Shown in pieces: positions 51,001 to 58,577 of a DNA stretch of 64,000 nucleotides (position 1 is the first letter of the stretch; the number at the start of each line of letters is the position of its first letter). The notes beneath the pieces are model-generated. The model searched no databases, had not been told where the DNA came from, and saw nothing but the letters and a program-made list of their open reading frames with translations. The DNA comes from Batkoa obscura. Its lineage: Eukaryota. Location of the stretch: NCBI GenBank assembly GCA_030770535.1, contig JASVEC010000015.1, positions 372,001 through 436,000 of the forward strand, read 5' to 3'. The translations under genes were made by a program, and so were the position numbers.

Positions 51001-52089
51001 GGTGTCTAGTACTACCTGTGATTTAGGCGGTATTAGTAAGTTCTTAGGGGAAATAATGGGGATTCCAGACTGCTTATATGCTATATCTGGATATTGATAA
51101 ATCACAGATTCTAATCCGCAGAGAGTAACGTCAACTGATTTATTGTTAGTCCGATAGCTCATTATACGACAGTCAGGAGTTTTGTTGCTTATGTTGTTAA
51201 TGGTTAGGTTCCTTGGCTTATTGTAGTACATTGGAATGGATTGATCTAATACTTTTAAGATATTTTGATCGTACAATAATTGGCAACCATGTTTCACAAA
51301 GAATTCGGTGCCTAGGAGGAAGTCGTAACCTTCGCTTTCCAACACTATCGCTGGAAAGGCTAAAGTTAGCTTTCCAAACTTAATAGGGATTGATGAGTAT
51401 GCTCCTAGTGCCGTGACGGTTCCGGTTCCGGCTGTACCGAAGGTGTCCGAACAATCTATATCCGGTTTAAAGGGTAATCGTTTTACCAGACGACTCGATA
51501 TGAAATTGATGGGAGCTCCGCTATCTAATATTATACGCACATTTTTTTTGTAAATCGACGCATTAATGTAAGTACAATCGGTGGAGTTGGCTTTGGCATC
51601 GAGGTTTACTAAGAGGATCTGTTTATTTGGATTCTGATATTCTCTAATGATGTTTCTAAATGCAATTGCTAAGTCTGATTCTCCAGTTAGGATTTTGTCT
51701 AGAGGAATTGGGATGGTAACATTAGTTAACCACTGGTGTGTATTATCTAGTTCACTTTGTGTAAGGGACAGTTTGGATAAATCGGATAATTGTGAAATGT
51801 AAGGTTTAGCAATTTCATTTATCAAGGCAGAATCAGGGGCATTGATAGAGTTATCAGGTGACTTATCAATTCGACGTGGAATGACTTTAGGAATTTCAAC
51901 GACGGGAACCTTTTTCTTCTTGGGTCTGCCACGAATTTTGGAAGGTAGTGCTAGGATGAGGGTAGAGGGGTCAAATTTTGAAAGCGTGTTAATTTCGAAG
52001 TCTAATTCAGTGCTTTCATCTGGATCAGGAGGAATTTTTGATTTCGTGGAAGGGGGATCCTCATTTACCCTCCCACTTAGAAGTTTTTT
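48067..52089 (-). CDS. pol: Pol polyprotein (protease, dUTPase-like, RT, RNase H, integrase), expressed by -1 frameshift
   Basis: ILDSGA; YPLPRID, MPQGL, YLDD; TDAS; H..H/CDVC zinc motif, SIDVIGP-LTDNA-NGMVER DDE core, WDGPY. The frame stays open upstream of the track's TTG start (51825) back to the slippery site. Confidence 0.95.
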   Translation of the reverse strand, partial: KKLLSGRVNEDPPSTKSKIPPDPDESTELDFEINTLSKFDPSTLILALPSKIRGRPKKKKVPVVEIPKVIPRRIDKSPDNSINAPDSALINEIAKPYISQLSDLSKLSLTQSELDNTHQWLTNVTIPIPLDKILTGESDLAIAFRNIIREYQNPNKQILLVNLDAKANSTDCTYINASIYKKNVRIILDSGAPINFISSRLVKRLPFKPDIDCSDTFGTAGTGTVTALGAYSSIPIKFGKLTLAFPAIVLESEGYDFLLGTEFFVKHGCQLLYDQNILKVLDQSIPMYYNKPRNLTINNISNKTPDCRIMSYRTNNKSVDVTLCGLESVIYQYPDIAYKQSGIPIISPKNLLIPPKSQVVLDTEISLWVPKEFHLSIYSIESVSRLEPLTMPGILGNNMNETIKLLLANITEKDIKISRGQQVGTIHVENNIVINTFSKFATLEEFQIYEEAPNNQTLFVEKDTIKHLNPDEQLQFYKLLEEYKDVFATSEEDIGCARNTKHKVYTCDSLPVATKAYRKSQSELKAEREEVQKLLRLGLIIPSNSPWASPLMIVKKKDGTNRVVMDYRKLNKITKKDVYPLPRIDDAVDRLQGAKYFSAMDLISGYWQVEMDPEDQEKCALITSEGLFQPTRMPQGLSNAPATFQRLMDNTLGDLKLSCVLIYLDDLNVFSKTFVDHLNHLKAVFERLRQANLKLKPKKCSFFQTSLEFLGYKVSDKGLAPIPNKLDAVKELFPPTTMREVQVFLGLMNYYRRFIKDFSNLATPLFQLLKKEVKFQWKEEHQQAFEELRDKLLNAPVLMFPNFSKPFSLHTDASLTAVGGVLSQLDDDNCEHPIAYTSRTLSKHERNYTTTEKECLAIIHAIKAFRPYIYGTHFTVITDHVSLKWLYSITNPEGRLARWALKLQSYSFDIVYKPGKDHQNADGLSRLPRICLATPIDDDLYNLLGNKNKWPQQQPELKQWLEKNAQNIIVKSNALYKKIKGTYIPYIKPSSRLSACQQFHNVICGHSAFQKTYDTMKVSCYWESMIPDLEDFINNCDVCKREQSRIKVTAYKFILPKHAFHTVSIDVIGPLCEASSVRGNKYIVVAIDHLTKWVEARAIPNQTSFHISKFIYEDIICRHGSPQVILTDNAANFVNLVLPKLARLMAIRHSTAAPYHPETNGMVERVNGTLIRILRKLAFDKTSCWDEYLHSAILAYRYSVHSITKKSPFIMLYGRHPGLPISFAPLIAKQGEISPDIYLAKLTKKLIAIQVEAFNALTDSKIKRYQQDMSRLPSLATFKVGDIVYLYPSYNQPRKNKLALKWDGPYEIIHKHLYDSYSIKHKGTSVIYNRVHAKFLKSAM
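52048..52089 (-). promoter_or_regulatory. -1 programmed ribosomal frameshift signal
   Basis: A AAA AAC heptamer (52089-52083) in the gag frame, 8-nt spacer, then stem GGGAGGG/CCCTTCC; pol is -1 relative to gag. Confidence 0.88.
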
Positions 52090-54578
52090 GACTCGCTGTT
52101 GGGGTCAACAAACTTTTCAGTGTCACCATCATTATAATTATAATTGAGGTGATTAACTTGTTTATTTTTGTTAAAATGTTTACTATTGCGAACATTTTTT
52201 TCAAAGTAATATTTAAAAATACCATTTTCTGGCTTTGGTTCAATACAATTGACGGCAATATGTCCATGTTCACCACAGTTCCAGCATCCAGTAAATACTC
52301 GAGATTTACGATGGTTGGAGTAGTGCTGTTGTGTAATGGCAAAGCAATGAAGATATTCGTTGTTGTCCGTTTCTTTATCTATATGATTAACGTATAGTTT
52401 CTTGGATTTAACTTCGCTTTTTGGACTTCCGAGGTATAGCTCTAAAATCTCTATCATCTGAGTAATATTGGTGATATTATGATGAGGGTCTAGAAAAAGA
52501 CGTGCGATGTGACTTGGAAGGTTTCGTTGGAAGGCCAGGCGGAGGTCTGTAACGCTTAACTTCCCACAGGAAATTAAAGCATTAGCACGATTTTTTACGT
52601 TTGCAATGTAATTTTCAAGTTTGCTTTCATCGTCTAGTCGTAAAGATAAAAGGGCTGCCTTTTTTGCTTCCATTTTTACATCGGAATCATAGTGATCTAT
52701 GAATGCCTTTTTAAAAGAGTTCCAGTTACTGCGTAAGTCATCAGGTAGGGTCATACACCAGGAAAGCTCGTTTGTTTGAAGCTGACCTAAGAGACATTGA
52801 GGGCGACACTCGTAGGTCCAATTGTTGGCATCAAGATGAACTTCTAGCGCTTTGATGAAAGTAGTAGCAGTGATTTCATTTGGATTGAATAGGAGACTAA
52901 AATTAAACTTGGTATTAACGGGTTGGGAGCTTCTCGGATAATTGTGGGGGTATGTTGAGAAGCTATGCGGGTTTAGATTGTTACCAGAAGGTCCAGGATG
53001 GCCATAATAGGCGTCATGATTATTATGTGATATACCATAGTTATTTTGAACAGGAATCCGCTCGGGTTGTACGTAGTGAGATGAAGATTGCTCATAGGGT
53101 ACATGTTGAGTGATTTTTGGAGCAATATATGGCAACTTGTTTTTGTTACTATTGTTAAAAGGATTGTCCAGGTTAACTTCAGCATAGGGTTGTACATGAG
53201 ATCTTATTGGCTCAGCATTAGATCCTGTAGCAGGGTTTCTTGAGTAAATACCATCAGTAGGTGCAGTGGTCATTCTAGGAAGTAATTGAGGTGGACTTTC
53301 TCCTTTCTTGGGTTGATCATCCGGTTGTACCAAGTGAATAGAACCACGATACTTAGGGTTCATTTGATATTCAGTGTCAAGAATAGATTCTGTGGTACCA
53401 TCACCTAGATCATACATATTATATCTCGGAACATCTCTATAAGTCGAGAGTCTGGAGTGAGGTGCTGAAACAGCGATACGTTCCTTTCTACAATTACAAG
53501 AAGATGCCTTGATTTGGCTGGTATTGGAAGCTACCTTAGTTTGAAGAATAATAAGCTCTTCCTTGGTACTCTGTATATTACGCGAAATTTCTTCCCAGTC
53601 AGCCGCTGACTGCTCTTTATCTAATCTAATTTGTTCCTTCAAATTATTATTGGAAGTGATGAGCTGGCTAATGGTGGTCACTTGTTGAGTCAGTTGTACA
53701 TTACAAGCAGCTAAATCTTGTTCTAAAGCCAAGATTCTGGCATCTTTGGCTGATGCAGACGCAGGGGATTGCTCAACATAGGATAAACGATGATTATACT
53801 CGGTGAATCTAGTCATCAACGATCTATTAAGTTCTGCAAAAGTGATTTTCACTTTTCCGTCGATATCTGAGATCCTTTGAGCAGTATGGTCATTGATCTC
53901 AGTGAGGGAAAGGTTGATCTCGTCAGAGATCTTAATGAGTTCGGAATGTAAGGCAGTATCAAGCTGATGCAATTCAGCCTTGAAGTCTCCTACTTCTCTT
54001 GCCAAATCTCTATATACTTCATAACTAACAGTATCATTGAGCCTTTGGTTGAATTCATTAAACTTACTGGTATGGAATTCATTTGATGGGGTGATGACAT
54101 CATTGTTTTGGTTGATGACCATGGAGAGATTATTAACCGTACCTAGAAGCGAGCTTAAAGAGGTAGACAATTCATTATTGTGAGTTGAGAGACGGTTGAG
54201 TTCACCAACCATCTGGATGAGTTTGTTGTGCAAGAACTCTACTAAATATTGTTGAACGTGGGAAAGGGTAGGTACCGTTTGGTACTGAGCACGAAAAGTA
54301 ATTTGGGTACTGGAGCTACTACTTTGGTATTGTCTCCAAGCAGAGAGATCACCATTAAGAACGTGCATAGGAACAGCTCCATAGGTAACGACCGAGCTTA
54401 CAACATGAGGAGGTAGGGCAGCTTGATTTAAAGCAGCAGTGTCTATTTCTGGGGTCAGAACACTAGCTTCTTCTTCATCACTACTACCCATGTCATATTC
54501 AGTGATAGTCAATTGTTGACGGTTATCAAGGAGATATCTTGAGTCAGCAAAATAGGGTATGAGGCTATTGTTGATCAT
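52077..54578 (-). CDS. gag: Gag, 833 aa, with long N-terminal coiled-coil and CCHC knuckle
   Basis: WNSFKKAFIDHY retrotransposon-gag block; CWNCGEHGHIAVNC. Confidence 0.92.
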   Translation of the reverse strand: MINNSLIPYFADSRYLLDNRQQLTITEYDMGSSDEEEASVLTPEIDTAALNQAALPPHVVSSVVTYGAVPMHVLNGDLSAWRQYQSSSSSTQITFRAQYQTVPTLSHVQQYLVEFLHNKLIQMVGELNRLSTHNNELSTSLSSLLGTVNNLSMVINQNNDVITPSNEFHTSKFNEFNQRLNDTVSYEVYRDLAREVGDFKAELHQLDTALHSELIKISDEINLSLTEINDHTAQRISDIDGKVKITFAELNRSLMTRFTEYNHRLSYVEQSPASASAKDARILALEQDLAACNVQLTQQVTTISQLITSNNNLKEQIRLDKEQSAADWEEISRNIQSTKEELIILQTKVASNTSQIKASSCNCRKERIAVSAPHSRLSTYRDVPRYNMYDLGDGTTESILDTEYQMNPKYRGSIHLVQPDDQPKKGESPPQLLPRMTTAPTDGIYSRNPATGSNAEPIRSHVQPYAEVNLDNPFNNSNKNKLPYIAPKITQHVPYEQSSSHYVQPERIPVQNNYGISHNNHDAYYGHPGPSGNNLNPHSFSTYPHNYPRSSQPVNTKFNFSLLFNPNEITATTFIKALEVHLDANNWTYECRPQCLLGQLQTNELSWCMTLPDDLRSNWNSFKKAFIDHYDSDVKMEAKKAALLSLRLDDESKLENYIANVKNRANALISCGKLSVTDLRLAFQRNLPSHIARLFLDPHHNITNITQMIEILELYLGSPKSEVKSKKLYVNHIDKETDNNEYLHCFAITQQHYSNHRKSRVFTGCWNCGEHGHIAVNCIEPKPENGIFKYYFEKNVRNSKHFNKNKQVNHLNYNYNDGDTEKFVDPNSESKNF

Positions 54579-54676
54579 AGTCTGTGAATTAAGGGGATTG
54601 GAGGGTTGGGGTGGTTACGCGGTAAGAACCGTAAAGGAAAGGCTATAAAGGCTACCTAGTGTAGTTATAGGAGCTT

Positions 54677-54694
54677 TCCCAGCTATGAGCGCCA
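54677..54694 (-). other. Primer-binding site
   Basis: TGGCGCTCATAGCTGGGA, 2 nt after the 5' LTR; complementary to a tRNA ending ...AUGAGCG-CCA (tRNA identity not determined). Confidence 0.82.
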
Positions 54695-54696
54695 AG

Positions 54697-55164
54697 TGTG
54701 AAAGTTGATACTTAGTGGCCGAAGTTAAAAGCTACTCTTGCTTAATTAACTTGCCTTGAGTCGAAGGGTCTTAGTTTATATAACTAAGGTAGACTTAACT
54801 TAATAGAAATAGTATGTAGTAAGCTACAAATTATGTAAAACAAATACAATGGAAGATACTACTATAAAATCTATATCAGATGTTGTCAGAAAGACTTAGT
54901 GACTTTATTAATGATACGTTATCAGGGAGTAATCCAATTAAAAAAAAACCTGGAGTTATCATATTGAAGAATCTCTTTTATACTCCAATAAATATGGATA
55001 TTAATACGAGAGGATGTTATTCCTTGCAATATGAAGTTAGAAATTCTCGCAGCAAATCAAAATAAGGGACTCTGACTTGATTGTATTTGAACTTGAGAAC
55101 ACAGCAACTTAAGTGATTGTTGCGTTATAATCAATCCGAGAGCTAAATAAAGCAATATTTCACA
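54697..55164 (-). repeat. 5' LTR
   Basis: 468 bp, adjacent to the PBS. Confidence 0.97.
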
Positions 55165-55263
55165 GGGATGTATTTTTATATAAGAATTTTGCTAACAATT
55201 TTTTTACTCAAATAGCGCTTAAAAGATGGAAAAAAATAATGAAGCCAAAAAAACACCCTGCTT
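55165..55263 (+). mobile_element. MITE copy interrupted by the Ty3/gypsy element (first bases at 47508-47512)
   Basis: Removing the retroelement and one GGGA restores ATAT|GGGGATGTATTTTT...ACTCAAATAGCGCTTAAAAGATGG...AAACACCC...|ATAT. Confidence 0.92.
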
Positions 55264-56062
55264 ATATAGTTGAAGTTCTTTTATTAAAATACAAATATTT
55301 TGTCATTATTTTTTTTCTCAATAAATTTTTTAATGAGTTAGTATTGTTTATATTATGATAGCTATTTGTTAAAATGTGCTAATTTTATTAAAGATGTAAT
55401 TTAAATAGCTTAAATTACATATATAACTTTTTCTAAAGTGATCAAGGACTTTTAAAAAAATAATATGGGGTTGTCTGAATTAGTTTCATTATTTTATCCA
55501 ATTTTTGAAAAATTTTGTATTTTAAAAACTTCGCTTAAAATTCTATAAAATCACATCTTTTATTAAAACAAAAGTACCCAAACACAGTTCTAAATCATTC
55601 TATTATAGCTCATACTGTAAGTTACTTGAATTTCTACTAGATCTTAAATACATGTTCTTATAAAGCTTAATTGAGAAATATTTATTATCAAATAAATAAA
55701 CTATTTTAATGTTATAATTACATTATTAATATATTGCCAAGTTAATAAATAGCTGCATGGGAGGGAGTGGTCAGCCCCAAAACTATAATTAACCATCCCT
55801 ATATAGTACAAGTAATAATAGTTTTTACATATTATTACAGTTACTTGTTCTTTGACTATTTATTAACTTAGCTATTAATAACTTAAGTAATCCTAACATT
55901 TAACAATCTATTTCTATCATTCAACAAACTACTCACTTGCTTAGTAAATATCGAAATTTTTAAATTCTCTGTTATCTTCGTAAGGTAAGCTGGGATCGAT
56001 CTTTTAATTTTTCTGTTTTCTATAGACTCTATAACTTTAATTGGGACTATATCGCTTTTTTT

Positions 56063-57586
56063 TTATGTATCAGATACTGGATAACGATGTAGTTTATTGT
56101 TATGTTTAATAAAGTGTAAATACTTCTTAATGCCTTGCATCTCTATTATTCTTTTTGTATTTTTGTTTCTTTTATACTTTTTAAAAATTATATCTGTTTT
56201 CCCATTATTAACAGTCGAGTTATTAATTTTATTATGCTCGCAAATAAAAGCCTCAAATCTTGAAATTAATTGATTGATATCTTCTATTTTACCTAACGCT
56301 TCAAAACTACTTTTCCATTTTGAAAGGTTTCCAAAATGTCCATCAACTATACTTTTTCCATGATGCTCAGCAAAAAAATTAAGATTAACATTCAAACTAC
56401 TATTTATTTTATGAATTTCTTTAAACATATAGTGTAGAAACTCTTGGGATCTAAAATGATTTCCTGTATCTGCCCATATATTAATTTTTGTAAACTTTTT
56501 AAATAGAAGCTCTGTAGAGATTAAATCGATTAAACAATCTCCTGCATATGCTGAATCATGATTCAAAATTTCAGATAAATAATCAAAGTAAACTTTGCCT
56601 ATTGTTTTATCATCTTTTAAATATAATACACCAAAGCCTAATACTGATATAGCTTGTTTATTATAATGATCTAGATTTATTGAATCTGGTCTTGTTCCTA
56701 TTTCCATATTTTGTTTAAAATCTAAAACTATTATACAACTTTTGTTATTTAATTTTTTGATAGTTTCATTAAATGTGTTTTTTTGAGTATCAACACAGAA
56801 TTTATGTAATTTGTATAATTTTTCTTCTTCGTTGAAAATTTCTTGTATCTCTGCTTTGTTTTTTGCTGTATTTATTTTATTTTCAAATAACTTTTTTCTA
56901 ACTGTATACTGGGTACATATATTACATAGATCCGTTTTTCTTGCTGGATTTTTGAAATTAGTTGGTATATATTTAAAGAACGTTGACCTAGCTACTACTT
57001 TATCTCTTAGATCATTCAAATATTTACTATATATCATTCTTCTACTTTTATTTAATATATATATATTATCTGATGAATATTTACTATCGTTACTTTTTTT
57101 ATTAGATCTTGATGAAATAGTTGAATCATTTAGTAAATATTGTATGATAGTTTCAATTTGGTCATCTTTAATTTTTTTTGTATTTTTAATAATAGGTTTT
57201 AATGTTGATATTTTATTATTATTACTTGTTTTTGAATAATCATATTGATTTCTATTTATATTAAACCCAAAACTCTTACATTCATCAAAAGAATATACTG
57301 AAGCTATAGTCGATAATAACGCTACTTGCTGACTTTTGTTTCCTGTTTCCCTTAAAGCACTAATTTTATACATTACTTGATTAAGTTTATTATTATCAAT
57401 AGTAAACTTTGATAATATATCTTTTCTTTGTTTTGTTTTATTATAAAATTCGATAAACCTTGGGTTGTTATAAGTAGCTCTTAAAATTGATGTAAATGAA
57501 TTACAATGTTTATATTGTGTACTCCTCCCTATTGTATTGAAGTTTTCAAAAATTCCATTTCGAAGTTTAGTTATGAAAGTTTGCAT
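56063..57586 (-). CDS. DDD transposase (Sola-like); frame continues past TAA to 55883
   Basis: RSTFFK..P, TDLCNIC...H, then candidate triad VLDFKQN / IWADTGNHF / EHHGKSIVDGHFG. Confidence 0.82.
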   Translation of the reverse strand: MQTFITKLRNGIFENFNTIGRSTQYKHCNSFTSILRATYNNPRFIEFYNKTKQRKDILSKFTIDNNKLNQVMYKISALRETGNKSQQVALLSTIASVYSFDECKSFGFNINRNQYDYSKTSNNNKISTLKPIIKNTKKIKDDQIETIIQYLLNDSTISSRSNKKSNDSKYSSDNIYILNKSRRMIYSKYLNDLRDKVVARSTFFKYIPTNFKNPARKTDLCNICTQYTVRKKLFENKINTAKNKAEIQEIFNEEEKLYKLHKFCVDTQKNTFNETIKKLNNKSCIIVLDFKQNMEIGTRPDSINLDHYNKQAISVLGFGVLYLKDDKTIGKVYFDYLSEILNHDSAYAGDCLIDLISTELLFKKFTKINIWADTGNHFRSQEFLHYMFKEIHKINSSLNVNLNFFAEHHGKSIVDGHFGNLSKWKSSFEALGKIEDINQLISRFEAFICEHNKINNSTVNNGKTDIIFKKYKRNKNTKRIIEMQGIKKYLHFIKHNNKLHRYPVSDT

Positions 57587-57605
57587 TTTATTTTTATTTC
57601 AACAA

Positions 57606-57641
57606 AAATAAAGTCAAATAAAGTCAAATAAAGTCAAATAA
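57606..57641. repeat. Tandem 10-bp repeat upstream of the transposase ATG
   Basis: (AAATAAAGTC)x3 plus partial unit. Confidence 0.85.
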
Positions 57642-58153
57642 CTATGTTTATATAATTATGTATTTATATAATTATATAATCATATAGTTATATATTATAT
57701 ATCTGTTAAATATCTAACAGAACTAACATAAAATATATAGTTAGGAAAATTAGCTATTTAAGAAAAGGAAACAATTAAAGTAAGTTTTAAATAGAGACAT
57801 TTAATTTTAGGCTTTTTAGATTTAACCGTTATATTGAACACAAACTTGGAATTTTAAATTTGGATTAATTTCTAAGTAGATTCTGAAACCAATTAGGACA
57901 GCCCCATATTTTGATTGAAAAATATCAAATTAAAGATACGCTTATAAAGCTTAAAGTTCAAGTATGCACTGTTCGATTTATTTAAAAATAAAAATTTAGA
58001 TCTCAAGCTAATAATCAGTGTGCTAATTCAATTCGTTATTGATGAAAATTGTTAAATAATTGTCTCTTTATAAATTAAACTATCATTCTTAAGACATTAA
58101 AAATCGATTCTATATCAAAAATTTTGAACTTTGTAGCTTCTATTCTAATAAAT

Positions 58154-58245
58154 GGGGATGTTTTCTTAGGTTCATTTTTTCCATCTTTTAAGCACTATTT
58201 GCGTGGAAAAATTGTTAGTAAAATTAAATACAAAAACACATCCTC
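58154..58245 (-). mobile_element. MITE copy
   Basis: AAAT|GGGGATG...CATCCTC|AAAT. Confidence 0.88.
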
Positions 58246-58482
58246 AAATAATGCCACTTTATTTTCTATAAAGATTGGACAAAGCATGTGAGAAGGTCCT
58301 ATAATAACTCCATACATAATACTATGAAACGTATAGCTAAGAAACATAAATCTAGTAGCTCTATTAAATCTAATATTTAAAAATCTTATTTAGTAAAACA
58401 TCTAATGGCTGATCAAAATTTATTAATAGCAACATTATAAAATCCTTTTAAAGCTAAAAGCCTAGGCATGTATTTAATATAT

Positions 58483-58577
58483 GAGGATGTTTTTTTGGTT
58501 TCATCACTCTTTCTCTCTTAAGTACTACTTGAGTAGAAAGATCGTTAGTAAAATTCTTAAACAAAGAAAATATCACC
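58483..58577 (-). mobile_element. MITE copy
   Basis: ATAT|GAGGATG...TATCACC|ATAT. Confidence 0.85.

Larger units (their letters stand above)
47513..55164 (-). mobile_element. Full-length Ty3/gypsy LTR retrotransposon (7652 bp), no chromodomain
   Basis: 468-bp TG...CA LTRs, GGGA TSD (47509-47512 and 55165-55168), PBS, PPT, intact gag, and pol in PR-RT-RH-IN order. Confidence 0.97.
55467..57905 (-). mobile_element. Sola-like cut-and-paste DNA transposon, 2439 bp
   Basis: ATAT TSD on both sides; imperfect ~22-bp TIRs GGGGTTGTCTGAATTAGTTTCA versus GGGGCTGTCCTAATTGGTTTCA (reverse complement of right end); single transposase ORF. Confidence 0.85.
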
